A stretch of 64,000 bases of DNA, taken from Chiloscyllium plagiosum (Eukaryota). Positions 39,110 to 51,590 of the stretch are shown piece by piece. Location: positions 80,872,420 to 80,936,419 of the forward strand of contig NC_057711.1 of the NCBI RefSeq assembly GCF_004010195.1, written 5' to 3'. A program made the position numbers and the translations under genes. Numbering within the stretch: position 1 is the stretch's first letter; every line of letters starts with the position of its first letter. A model generated the notes under the pieces. It was given only the letters and a program-made list of their open reading frames with translations. It was not told the DNA's origin and ran no database searches.

Positions 39110-39640
39110 CATATGAAATTAGAGAAGGGTATAAGCCATCTGGCTCCTCAGAGGTCATTTATCATTCATTATTGTGTCTAATCATTGATCTCAACTCCAT
39201 ATTTACTCCCAATCTCTGCACCCTTCCTCGGAATCGAAAAGTCCCTTTATCTTGGTCTTGATTATACTCAATGACTGACTGAACACAGTTTTCTGAGGCA
39301 AGAATTCAAAGGAATCACAATCCTCTTAGGGAAGGCACTTCTTATTTCAGTCCAAAATGACAATTTCCTTACCCTAAGACTGCGCTTCCTAGTTCAATAC
39401 TCCCCAGCAAGAGGAAACCTCCTTTTAGCATCCATCCCATCAGGTATTAATAAAACCTTGTATGTTTCAAAGTGCTCACTGCCTATTCCCCCAAATGCCA
39501 GATAGTATGCACTCATCCCTCAATGTCTGTCCTTGGGATAACCCACTCATCTCAATAATTAATTTATCAAGATTGCATTGTGACTCCTCTGAGTCAAATA
39601 CACCTTTTAATTTGTCATAGAAACCAAATATAGTCTAGGA
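39110..39640 (-). mobile_element. Old CR1 3' fragment
   Basis: catatgaaattagagaagggtataagccat tail and degenerate ORF2 C-terminus. Confidence 0.6.
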
Positions 39641-40229
39641 ACAGGAACAGAAATAAAAGGCATTGAATATGCTTCTAACCCAAGCCCCTGATCCCCCCCA
39701 AAAAACACCTCCTCTCCCAATCTTACCATAACAGCCCTGTCCCTGACCTGAGGGCGGTTGCCTCACTCCTGACATGAGCATGGCAGTCTTGCCCCATCTG
39801 AGCTTGGCAGCCTACCCCTGGTCTGAATACAGCAGTTTGGTCCTGGCTCCTACCACAACTATCTCATTGCCTACCAAAGCATTGGCCCAATCACAATGGC
39901 TCATCCCTGCACCAACACAGAAAATCAACCCATGAATTGGGGCAGTGGGCCTGTCCCTTATCCAAGTCTGACCCTGCTCCACACCTGATCTGAGCAAAAC
40001 AGCAATATCCTTGGCACCAGCATGACAGCTCCACATTGCTCCCATCACAGTGGATCCATACCGGGTCTTAGTTCAGGCACCCCTTCAGAGCCCCAGGTCC
40101 TTGCTGTTGGGCTGTGACATAAGCCCTGTCTTGAATCCTGTATGGTATGTACCAAAGGAACTTGAATTAATGATAATCATTAAAGCTGAGATAACTTGGA
40201 GTGCTTGAGTCCATCAGGAGGTTCAGTGG

Positions 40230-41240
40230 TCACAGAGTCATAGAGTCATAGAGATGTACAGCATGGAAACAGACCCTTCCATGCCGACCAGATATCCCAA
40301 CCCAATCTAGTCCCCACCTGCCAGCACCCGGCCCATATCCCTCCAAACCCTTGCTATTCATATACCGATCCAAATGCCTCTTAAATGTTGCAATTGTACC
40401 AGCCTCCACCACTTCCTCTGGCAGCTCATTCCATACATGTACCACCCTCTGCATGAAAATGTTGCCCCTTAGGTCTCTTTTATATCTTTCTCCACTCACC
40501 CTAAACATATGCACTCTAGTTCTGGACTTCCCGACCACAGGGAAAAGACTTTGCCTATTTACCCTATCCATGCCCTCCTAATTTTGTCAACCTCTATATG
40601 GTCACCTCTCAGCCTCTGACGCTCCAGGGAAAACAGCCCCAACCTGTTCAGCCTCTCTCTAGAGCTCAACTCCTCCAACCCTGGCAACATCCTTGTAAAT
40701 CTTTTCTGAATCCTTTCAAGTTTCACAACATCTTTCCAATAGGAAGGAGACCATGCAATATTCCAACAATGGCCTAACCAATGTCCTGTACAGCCACAAC
40801 ATGACTGCCCAACTCCTGTACTCAATACTCTGACCAATAAAGGAAAGCATACCAAACGCCTTCTTCACTATCCTATCTACCTGCGACTCCACTTTCAAGG
40901 AGCTATGAACCTGCACTCCAAGGTCTCTTTGGTCAGCAACACTCCCTAGGACCTTACCATTAAGTGTATAAGTCCTGCTAAGATTTGCTTTCCCAAAATA
41001 CAGCACCTCGCATTTATCTGAATTAAACTCCATCTGCGACTTCTCAGCCCATTGGCCCATCTGGTCCAGATCCTGTTGTAATCCGAGGTAACCGTCTTCG
41101 CTGTCCACTACATCTCCAATTTTGGTGACATCTGCAAACTTACTAACTGTACCTCTTATGCACACATCCAAATCATTTATGTAAATGACAAAAAGAGGAC
41201 CTAGCACCGATCCTTGTGGCACTCCACTGGTCAGAGGCCG
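40230..41240 (-). mobile_element. Relatively young HER1-like CR1 LINE, 5'-truncated (~1 kb)
   Basis: (ctatgact)3 tail. ORFs 40716-41222 (PQGSVLGPLFVIYINDLD...SKFAD) and 40230-40571. Confidence 0.95.
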
Positions 41241-41369
41241 TCTTTGCCTTAGTCAACTTGTTTCACTGCATTGTTAAGGACTCAATAATGAAGTTGCTTG
41301 CCAGACAGCTAGGGAATCACAGCTTGATAAAAGCAGAAAAAAGAAACCAAGCAGGATAGAAAGGAGAAA

Positions 41370-42020
41370 CTGGTAGATGTGCTCTACTTTCAGTTCTAAA
41401 AGATTACTCAGAAGGTGACTTAATAAGAATCAAGCTCATGGTGTTGGAGATAGTAAATTAAGATCGATAGAGGGCTGGCTAATTAATAGAGGATATAGTT
41501 TTGGCATAAGAGAGGCATGTTCAGGATGGAAACCTGTAACTTGCAGAGCACTACGGGGATCAGATGCAATTGTGGGGCCACCATTATTTGTAACTTCTAT
41601 TAGAGTCTTGGCTGAGAAGAGTGAATGTTCGATTGCCAAGTTTACAGATTACATGACAATAAGTGAAAGGTAGAGTAGTGAGGATGAGACAACTATTCTG
41701 TCAATGGATATAGATAGGTTAAACAAGTGGGTAAAAATGTGGCAGATGGAATATAATGTGTAAAAATGTGAAGCTAGGCACTTTGGCAAGATGAACAGAG
41801 GAGCTGAATATTATTTAAATTCGAAAAGAACAGAGTAAGCTGGAGCATTTTAGGGTCCTCATGCATGAATCACAAAAAGCTACTATCCAAATTCAGCAGG
41901 TAATAGGGAAGGCAAGTGGAATTTTGGCCTTTGTGACAATGGGAATGTAGTATAAAAGAAGAGAAGGCTTTCTCGATCTATGGAAGTTAATAGTTCAACC
42001 ATATGTATTGATCCATTTTA
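41370..42020 (+). mobile_element. Old CR1 RT fragment
   Basis: Degenerate K.KAHG, W..V....LRGS, AKF.D, WQMEYNV.KCE motifs. Confidence 0.7.
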
Positions 42021-42118
42021 ACAAGAGAAACTTTGTAAAAATGTTTTACTGATTCTCGCTTAGTTCTTCCAAATGTGATGACTCATTGTAGATTACAATG
42101 GGCCACCAGTATACCAGT

Positions 42119-42384
42119 CAAGAATGTAGTGCAGGAAAAGCACAGCAGGTCAGGTAACATCCGAGGAGCAGAAGAGTCAATGTTTTGGGCAAAAGCCCTT
42201 CATCTTTGGATGCTGCCTGACCTGCTGTGCTTTTCCAGCACCACACTCTTGACCCTCAGATGCTGCCTGACCCGCTGTGCTTTTCTAGCATTACGCTCTC
42301 GACCCTCGGATGCTGCCTGACCTGCTGTGCTTTTCCAGCACTACATTCTTGAATCTAATCTCCAGCATCTGCAGTCCTCACTTT
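42119..42384. mobile_element. Miniature PLE derivative: inverted arm with hammerhead-like motif plus 3 tandem ~50-bp copies of the opposite arm
   Basis: TSD caccagtataccagt (42104-42118) / caccagcataccagt (42385-42399). gatgctgcctgacc(t/c)gctgtgcttttc occurs three times. Confidence 0.85.
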
Positions 42385-44282
42385 CACCAGCATACCAGTA
42401 TTAGGAGGGCTTATTGACTCCTTCTCCAAAACCAATGACAAAGTGGATCTTCCTCCAAATACTCAAACTTATAGACCAAGTGTGTGATAATAAATAAACT
42501 TGTTTATTTTAAAATGTCCATAAGCTTGTTGATGACATAATGACTGGGAATGCAAACTGTGGATTTTCAGCTCTATTTACCATACAAAATGATTCATGTG
42601 TTAATACTGCAAAACCATCCTACATGTTTCAGCAACAAAAATGAACAGAACTAAGGTTGTTTTGAGGTTGTGTAAAATGATGGACAACAATAATAAGATT
42701 TTAGGTCAATTCCAGGATTATAACTGTTCTTGCATTAAAGGACTCAGTGTAACATACTGCTAAAATCTGTCACAATGATACAAAGCAGGTATCAGTCTAT
42801 AATTTTTCCATCCATTTTCTTCATTTGAGCCAGCTACAAATATCAATTCTAATTACTCCCCCAGTGAAAAATAAAAACCAATGAATTATATACCCCTTTC
42901 ATAACAAGTCCGATTCATTTTGAGCTGCCAGCTGACCCTTTACGTTAAAATTTTCATCTGGCAGGATCACCAAAAATTGTCACCACACTGGTTGGGGGGG
43001 AAGGTGGAATCTGATCAAAGACTGGGTGTATGGGCAGATGAAAGAGTATCCAGACTGAGTTGCTTAAACACAGTTGCAGGATGAATCAAATGGCATAATG
43101 AAAATTTGTGTTAGGTGCCTGCCTACCCTTTCAGCCCAGAAACTGAACACAGCTTTGAGAGATATTGGCATATGTTCTCCATTTATTGTGGCCTTCCTTC
43201 CATCTTACGACTTGTCCTGAAATTAATGAGAACTTCCCGAACACCAAAATTTTATGTGTGATGATGCCTCAGTGGGCTAATATACAAAGGGAATGCAATT
43301 TAAAATGAGAAAGAATGAAAATAGGGTATGAAAGTGCCTTTTGCTGGAGGTCTGTTTTCCAAACTCAAACAATGTAACTGCATACCTCTGAAAAGTGCCA
43401 ATTAATAAAAATATTTTACACAGAAACATCTGCAAAACAGTAAATAGTATTTTTGGCTTCACTTTTTGTCCTGCGTCATTTCTTTTTGATCTCTCAACCA
43501 GTATTACTGTTAATTTCTTCCAAATATTGCCCCACCTATGTTGTTTTTTTTTTCTTTTGTACTCTTCTATAAAAGTATTTCATTAAACTAAATGGGGCAT
43601 CCACTCAGATTAAGTAACTGATTGTGTACATTGGGTTAGAACTGCTTTTGCAAGATAATAACATTTCACCAACAGCTTCTTCTATTTCATTTTAAATGTC
43701 CAAATCCATTGCATCTAATCCTATAAGCTTTTGTAACAGCATAGTTCATCTCATGAGGGAAATTTGCTGTGCAGCACAATGTAATGCAACAAATCTAGTT
43801 TTGATCATTGAAACTATATTAACATTTTGTGCTTTTGCTTCAAGTAAATACCGTCTTTAAATTTAGGTGAAAAATAAAGCATGTCAAGGTCTAGAACAGT
43901 CGTGAAGAGTGCACCAGAAATTGAGATACATTATAAACAATAACTGTAATAAAGATTCAGGGGTGCAATGAATAAAGAGATATGATTTTATGTAATAAAC
44001 TAAATCTTAAAACTTTCCTAGTTAATTATCAGAAAGTCAGATTGACCAGTTAAATAGTTCCTCATTTTTACTTCAGTTAGAATAATCATCTGTAGAGCAT
44101 TTGCACAGGGAATAACATTGATTAGCACAAAAACAAACATAAATGTTGACGAGAACTGTTATGTGAACACGCTGGACAGACACAGCCTTCTGCTGAGAGC
44201 ACATTTTCTGCTTCTCTTTGCTCTTGCAGTATTATGTCCTGCTTCGCATTCTCCCTGCTCATTCTCATACAGTATTGCAGAG

Positions 44283-44468
44283 ACAAAACCAGAAATTGTT
44301 GGAAAAGCTCAGCAGGTCAGGCAGCATCTGTGCAGAGAAATCAGAGTTAACATTTTGGGTCCAGTGACCCATCCTCAGACCTGCATACTCTGAACTTCTC
44401 GCAATTTCTGTTTTTTTTTCTGATTTCCAGCATCTGCAGTTCCTTGTTTTTTATTTAGGTTTTTATTT
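44283..44468. mobile_element. Miniature PLE derivative with hammerhead-like motif (minus, 44346-44378)
   Basis: Minus strand ctgagga-t-gggtc-actg-gaccc-aaaatgttaac. TSD agtattgcagag (44271-44282) / agtattgcaaag (44469-44480). Confidence 0.75.
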
Positions 44469-44724
44469 AGTATTGCAAAGGAGTTGCTCATGGGTGACCG
44501 CATAAGTTGGTGTAACTTGTTTGTGCAGAGGCTTTAAAGTTAGGGGCAATTCCTTTAACATCTATTACATCATCCCATGTGGATTTTGTCACTTTGAATA
44601 AACAATGGAAAGCATCAGACACTTACACAGTCTAAATGATAGCCAAGGTAAAACAAATGATAACAAACCTATAAATAGTTGATGATGGTGACATGTAAAT
44701 AAGTGGTTGATGATTGGGTTCTCT

Positions 44725-44830
44725 TGTGGTGGTGTCCCTACCTCACAACCACGGACACTTGGATTCAAGTCCCATCTGATGCAGAGGCATGTAATAACAT
44801 CACTGAACAGGCTGATTAGAAAATATCTAA
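44725..44830 (+). mobile_element. Short tRNA-derived SINE fragment
   Basis: gtggtggtgtccctacctc...ggattcaagtccc, A/B-box-like. Confidence 0.45.
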
Positions 44831-45417
44831 GTAATTGATGATCCATTAAGTAGCATTGGGAGAGGGAAAAGGTGCAATGGGGTCCTTCCTGCTGTATTAA
44901 CATGTTCAAATAGAGTCATAGAGTAATACAACTTGGAAATAGACCTTTCGGTTCAATTAGTCCACACTGACCAGGTTTCCTAAGTTGAACTAGTCCCATT
45001 TGCCTGTGTTTAGCTCATATCTGTCTAAACTTTTCCGATTCATCTACTTGTCCAAATATCTTTTTTTTATAGATATTTTTATTGAAAATTTAACATTTTT
45101 ACAAGTTTACAAATAAAAAAACCCAAGTATAAACATTGATATCCAATTAAATCTTAAATAAATAATAACCAAAATTTATCAAACAAAAAAAAGATACCGA
45201 GAGAAAAAAAACTCAACTAACTATTAATCTAACCTACAACTGTATAATTAAGTCTCTTACATTATTCAAAGAAGAGAAAAAAAACTGACGGATAACACAG
45301 AAATTGGGTAGTGAGATACATGCTCGGAATGTATTAACATCAAATAGTAACAAAACCCGTATTCATGCGGGATTCCTCTCCCAAGGGGCCCCGGACCGGC
45401 CAGGTTCGTCATCTCAA

Positions 45418-47344
45418 TTAAATAAAAGCCCTTGTTAGGATGGCCGAAATATCTGTATTTATGTAATTCAAGAAGAGCTGCCATATTTTTATGGAATAAT
45501 GCGGTCTTTTGGTGCACCATATTTATAAGGAAGTCAAGGGGAATACATTCCATGATTAATCTGTGCCAATTCGAAAGTCCAGGGGGGCCCTCAGCCACCC
45601 AGTTTACCAAAATATTTTTCCTTGCACAGAAAGAGAGAATAGAAAATAATCTCTTCCCGTGCATATCCAGGGAGAGTAAGTTCGAAAAGCCCAAAAGGAG
45701 AGATACAGGGTCCACTCTAATTTCCGTTCCTAAGATTTCTGTCAAAGCACTTGCTAGTCCAATATCTATGAATCTTATGACAGGTCCATAGGCAATGTAC
45801 AAGAGTGCCCACCTCTATTTTACATTTGGGACACATTGGAGATGCTCCTGCCTTAAATTTTGCCAATCGAACCGGTGCTATATGGGCCCTATGAAGTATC
45901 TTCAACTGAATGGCCTGAGTTTGTTGCAGATGGTGATTCTTCTGGCATTTTCTCGAATTTGGAAGTATCGAAAGAGGTCTCCATTAGGTAATCCGAATTT
46001 CTGACGCAGCTGTTCAAAAGACATCAAGACCCCATCTTTAAATAGGTCCCCAAGACATGAGATACCCCTGGATCTCCAGAGTTTGAAAGTGACATCTGTA
46101 AGCCCCGGTTGAAATCCCCATGTTCCCACTATCGGAGCATAGGGGGATGTTTTATGTGAGTTGCCCTCATTTTGCCGCATTATATTCCAAGCTTTAATTG
46201 TGTTTAGTATTATAGGGTTTTTACATTGATCCGTAATGATTTTCCTTTTGTCTGAAAAATAAAAGGTTAATAAGTGGGCATTTTACTTGAGAAGCCTCGA
46301 TGTCCAGCCAGATTGATTGCGGGTCAGACAAGACCCAATCAGCTATGTAACTTAATAGGGAACTTAACTGATATTTCCTAAAAGCGAGCTTCGAGCAGAC
46401 GCTGTTGTTCTCCCTTTAATTTTTTCTGGGTCGCTGAGTATGAGATGATCAAACTTCACATGTAAGCTTTGATGGTCTCCCCCATCAATGATGGGTTGCT
46501 AGCCATACCTAAATTAATTTCTAAAAAAAGTTTTAAATTCTTGAGAGAAGAACTTTACAGATTTACTATCTTTCATCAAAAAGGGATCCATACGCTAATG
46601 CCGAGGGGATGTCCCATTGTTCCTCGCCTTGATTTCCATATATACAGCAGCGTGATCGGAAATTGCTATACTGCCTATTTTACAGGATGATATGGAATTT
46701 AAAAAAATCGAGGGGGCAAAAAACATATCGATTCTGGTATGACATTTATGTGGATTGGTGTAAAAATAAAAATCTCTGCCCTGTGGATGAAAGCATCTCC
46801 ATACATCTACTAATCCTAATTCTTTGTTCAAATCCACCAATTGTCTAGATCTGGGAGATATTCCTGCAGTACTCTTGGGAATCCTATCTATTTCCAGGTC
46901 CATATTACAATTAAAATCTACCCCTATAATTATATGATGAGCACCGATAGCCATCAATTTTAAGAAGGCTTCCATTATAAATTTAAAAGGATGTGCCGGG
47001 GGGCAATATAAATTTAAGATCCCACATTCCTCTCCATTTATAAGGGCTTTAATCAGAATATATCGTCCAGATTCATCTTTTATCTGATTTAGGATTTTGA
47101 AAGGGAAATTCTTCCGAATAAGAATGACAACTCTCCTACTTTTTGAGCTGAAAGAAGAAAAAAAGGCCTGATCAAATCCACCCTGTCGTAATTTCAAGTG
47201 TTCTTTATCCAATAAGTGTGTCTCCTGTAGGAGAGCTATATCAACCCTTTCTTTCTTGAGGTTTGATAATATTTTCTTCCTTTTGACTGGTGAATTATTC
47301 CCCTTGACATTCCAGGTGCATCACTTAGCCGACTGATCAACCAT
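45418..47344 (-). pseudogene. L1 ORF2p remnant: APE endonuclease joined to the post-RT/zinc-knuckle region, RT missing
   Basis: TWNVKG, LLQETH, ILNLYCP, IIGVDFN, TRIDMFF, ISDHAAV. After about 46382 it reads FRKYQL...KILHRAH...CPKC...HCLWTC. No RT motifs in between. Confidence 0.88.
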
Positions 47345-48058
47345 AATCGTCCAGGCAAGTCCGAGACCCCTCGGGAAGGGAAACCCTACCCAGAACATCC
47401 CGAGCATAGAGCATATAAAATTTACAAAAGTAAAGGCTCTTTAGTACACTCACATCAATATAATAAAAAACTATTTCTAAATAAAAAAATATAAAACGTA
47501 TTTAAATGGAGATTTTCCCCCTTGTTCCCAGGGGGTATCACTTCCTTTCCCACAGTCCATCATATTCTCTCCCAACCAGTGCCCCATCCTTGACCCAGGC
47601 GCCCCTTGATAGGATGAACAAAATTCAAATATACTACAGAGCTAGAGTTAACAGTGAGCACCCTACCTCCCCCAAACCCACACCAACACCTGGATATATT
47701 TGGTAATGCTAATACCATGTATAAACATATATAACTATAAAATTACAACCTCAACAAGTAATAATTAAAATATAATAATACAAAATAACAGGGGAAAACA
47801 ACCCCACTCCTAAAGACAGAAATAAAACAGGATAAGGTAACCACCTCGTCCCACCAACATTAACTAGACCCCCCAGCCTATATATATATAAAAAAGGGGG
47901 AGAAAATCGCCAAGTAGAGAACAAATAAATAAATCCCTCTCCCCACCCCCCGAAGATAATATTAAATAGCAAGGTAAAAAAAGGGATTAATCTTAAAAAA
48001 AAGGGGATGTAAACCGGACTGGGGGGAGAACAAAACAACATCAATTATCTCTTACAAT

Positions 48059-48824
48059 TTATCTAAGAGAGTCCAAAACTTCCTTGGCCTTTTCCGGCGG
48101 TCTGAAGTTATACACAGACCCTCCATGGTTAAAGTGTAGCGTCGCTGGGTAGCGCAAGGAGTACTGAATATTTAAGTCCCTTAAACACTTCTTTGCTTCA
48201 TCAAACGCCTTCCTCTTTCAGATCAGAGCTGGGGAAAAGTCCTGGAATAACATAATCTTGGATCCTTTATAAATCATGATTTGGGGATCTTTCCCAAGAT
48301 TTCTGGAAGCTTCGAAGAGCATCTGCCTCTCTTTATAGCTCTGCAGCCGGAACAGGACTGGGCAGGGGTGTTGGTTCGAGCCGGGCCCGTGTATTGCAAC
48401 CCGGTAGGCCCATTCCACCCTTACCTGGCCTGATCCAGCCTCCAGATTTAAAAGATTCTCGAGGTCGTCAATGTGATTCTCTAAGGTCCGGACTCGCTGT
48501 TTGAGAGTCCGGACCCGATCCACGGCCGATTCTGCTGTAGTTTCGGAGGTCGCGGCCTTTAGCTCCGCCCCTCTGACTCGGTGCTCAATTTTCTTGATGT
48601 CTTGGTCGTGCTTTTGTAGCACGGCCGAGAGTGAGTCCCATCTGCTCCGGGACTCTTTGATGAAAGCATCGATATTCGCATCGAGTTTAGAGATTATTTC
48701 CGCAAGGCTCGCCACTGTAGGTAAGTCCCCTGGGGGCGGCTGCGGATGCCTCTGCTGCAGTTGGAGAGGGTGGGGGAGGGGTTCCTGCCTGCTGAGAACT
48801 GCGGGCTCCCTTCCCTTTAGTCAT
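48059..48824 (-). pseudogene. L1 ORF1p (coiled coil / RRM / CTD, Transposase_22-like), disrupted
   Basis: ATG at 48824. Heptad coiled coil ending IDDLEN, then VEWAYR, PVLFRL, IMLFQDFS, YSLRYPATL. Premature TGA at 48218-48220 and a frameshift near the start. Confidence 0.85.
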
Positions 48825-49634
48825 TTTTACTGAAGATTAAATTGTTTAAATGCAGTACAAAGCAACTAATTCCATTAAGTAAAAACTATTTTGAATGATT
48901 TGGTGAGTGTGGTGGGTGACCCAATTTGCCCAAGTCTTGGGAGGAGCACTGTAGACTCAGACTTGCTGGGTCGCCGCCATCTTGGATCCCCGTCCAAATA
49001 TCTTTTAATTGTTGTAATTGTACTCACCTCTACCACTTCCACTGGCAATTCATTCCATACACACACCACCCATCTGCGTGAAAAATTTGCCCCTCAGGTC
49101 ACTTTTAAATATTCCCCTCTCATCTTAAACTTAAGCCTTTAGTCTAGGACTACCATATCCTGGAGAAAAGATCTTAGCTATTTACCTTATCTATGCCTCT
49201 TATGATTTTATAAACATCTGTATGACCAGCACTATACCTCCATAGCTCCAAAGAAAAAACATCCAGTCTATCCAGCCTCTCTGTATAACTCAAATCCCCC
49301 AGTCTTGGTAACATCTTTGTAAGTCTTTTTTTTGCACCCTTTCCAGTTTAATAACATCCTTCCTTTAGCACAGTGACCAGAATTGTACACTCCAAAAGTG
49401 GCCTCACTAATGTCTTGTACAATAGCAACATGATGTCCCAACTCCTATACTCAATGCTCTGACTGATGAAGGCAAGCATGCCAAACACCTTCTTGTCTGC
49501 CTGTGATGCCACTTTCAAGGAACCTATGTCCCTGAACCCCTAGGTCTCTCATGAAAAACACTCCCCAAGGCCCTACCAATAACTTTGTAAGTCCTCCCCG
49601 GTTCATCTTACCAAAATGCAACACCTTACACAAG

Positions 49635-50200
49635 ACAGAGGAGCATTCAGTCCATTGTAATCGTGGTTCACTCGATGCTCCTCAATTCCACGTCCTGCCT
49701 TTATCCCCATAACCTTAATCCTCTGGCAAATAAAAATTTGTCTATCACAGTCTTGAATATACTTAATGATCCAGCCTTTACAACCCTCCATGGTTCACTA
49801 CCCTCAAAGAGAAGAAATTCCTCCTCAATTCTGCTTTAGAAGAGTAACCCCTTATTGTGAGATCCTGCCCTGTGCTTCTGGACTCTCCCACAAAGGGGAA
49901 CAACCTTCCTGCATCCACTCTTTCTAGTTCCTGATGAAACATATGTTTCAATCAGGTCACGTCTCATTCTTCTAAACCCCAAAGAGTTCAGGCCCATCCT
50001 AGTCCAGCTGTCCTGATAAGACAGTCCCTCCAAACCTGGGATCAGCCAAGTGAACGTTGTCTGCACTGCCCACAATTTGCCCAGTTGAAAATAATCCATT
50101 TATCCCAATGCTCGATTTCCTGTTATTTAGCCAACCTTCTTTCTGTGGTAATTTTCTTATCTTATGGAGTAATCTTTTCATGGCACCTTATCAAATGTCT
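49635..50200 (-). mobile_element. CR1 fragments of another subfamily with internal deletions
   Basis: ORF 49836-50099 IPGLEGLSY...GLNSLGFRRMRRDLIETY. Confidence 0.75.
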
Positions 50201-50639
50201 CATGTTATGTAGAAATATCGTGTGACTGTAATCATTAACTAATTTTATATCTGGCAATAAACTTGAGTTTGAACACACTCAAACCTGAACAAGTGGAATC
50301 GATTAGCTCATTAAAGCAGAACTTCTTAAAAATGGGTAGCATTTCAATGAGAAATAGGACTCAAGGGTAAAGGTACCAGGGTCTGGATTCTCACTAAGGC
50401 TGTTTTTCATTTATTCTGTCACCACATGTGGGCACCATTGGCAAAGTCAGCATTTATTGTCAATCACTAATTGCCGTTCAGATGAAAGGAAACAGGAAGC
50501 AAGTCTGTTTTAGTGACAGAAAACTCTATCTTGTCAGAAAGAAGTAAAGATCAAGTTTTCCTGGAGTTGAACCATTAATGAATGCAGAAATAGGTTTTTC
50601 ATCAAACTGAAATTAATGAGGTAAGAGTGAGTCAAAGAA

Positions 50640-50790
50640 AAACATATTGGATGATGGAAATCTCAAATAAAGTCAGAAAGGCTGGAGAAACTCAGCAGGT
50701 CTGAAGAAGAGTCATATTAGGCTCAAAACTCAATCTCTCTTTGCCTCACCACAGATATTACTAGGTCTGCTGAATTGCTCCAGTACTGTC
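50640..50790 (+). mobile_element. Old miniature PLE derivative with hammerhead-like motif at 50701-50729
   Basis: ctgaaga-a-gagtc-atatta-ggctc-aaaac between inverted arms gctggagaaactcagcaggtc / ggtctgctgaattgctccag. Confidence 0.6.
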
Positions 50791-51039
50791 TGGGGTTAGA
50801 ATAGACGGGAATTTCAGGCCCCAAGACAGCCAGTACTGAGGCTGCTGCTTATGCTGAGAAGGAGAGAATTTGTGGGAAACCTGTCACTATACCAAAGAGA
50901 AGTAAGATGTCATTGGAGAGCTGGAGGTCTGGCATGGATGACAGAGAAGAGGAAGGTGTCAGGAAGTGGCCACCTTATCATGCATGAGAGCATTTAGCAT
51001 CTCTGTTATTAGCATCATCTCCCCTAGCCTTCAATTCCC

Positions 51040-51590
51040 CAACTTTCTCACCTATTGCTTATGCTGCGCTACCAAATAGTTTCTCCTTTCCAGGACCTCA
51101 ACATCCTCAAGATTCAGACTCCTCTGGAAGGCTACTTTATGGAGAGTACAGCAGACCACCACAATGGCCAAGACCCTTTCAGGATGCAATTGCACAGCAA
51201 CACCCAACTGACCCTGACACTTGACTCCATGCCCTGTGCCACTGCAATTTCCATCCTTTGTGATTTCAGTGTACTTAGCAACCTTGGTGACAGGATAACC
51301 ATTGACTGGATGGTGCAATGGGCATTGGAGAAACAATGCAGAAGTGTGTGCAGATGTCTGCAGCCAGCTGACTCAAGCGTCACAATTTTCTTTGGCTGTT
51401 TAGGTTGTCAGCTTTGGCCAAGACTATTTACATCTGACTGTAGACATATCAATTTCTTTATTTTTTTTGAGGATGCAGCATCCATTTTCAGTTGCACCCT
51501 TCCTGATTATCAGATGTTAGTCTTGCCCACTGCCCTGATTACACACAATGACAAGCGGGTACTGAACTGGCAAAATTCTTAATTCACTCT
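51040..51590 (-). pseudogene. Degenerate PIF/Harbinger (HARBI1-like) DDE transposase C-terminal remnant
   Basis: ORF 51052-51336 QLHPERVLAIVVVCCTLHK.A matches the P.RV..I.V.CC.LHN motif of DDE_Tnp_4 proteins. Confidence 0.6.

Larger units (their letters stand above)
45065..48991 (-). mobile_element. L1-clade LINE with both termini intact but RT domain deleted (3927 bp)
   Basis: 5' end ggggatccaagatggcggcg (YY1-type core), ORF1, spacer, ORF2 EN and C-terminal CCHC region, AATAAA and short A tail. Perfect TSD gtccaaatatctttt at 45050-45064 and 48992-49006. Confidence 0.93.
44911..49630 (-). mobile_element. HER1-like CR1 3' region (44911-45064 and 48992-49630) split by the L1 insertion
   Basis: tagagtcatagag tail at 44911. 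The CR1 sequence continues seamlessly across the TSD (VWNELPVEVVEV..ITTIKRYLDG). Confidence 0.9.

Noticed and set aside
42206..42360. Three ~50-bp direct repeats resembling a CRISPR array
   Set aside because: No unique spacers, no cas genes, vertebrate context; they are PLE terminal-repeat copies.
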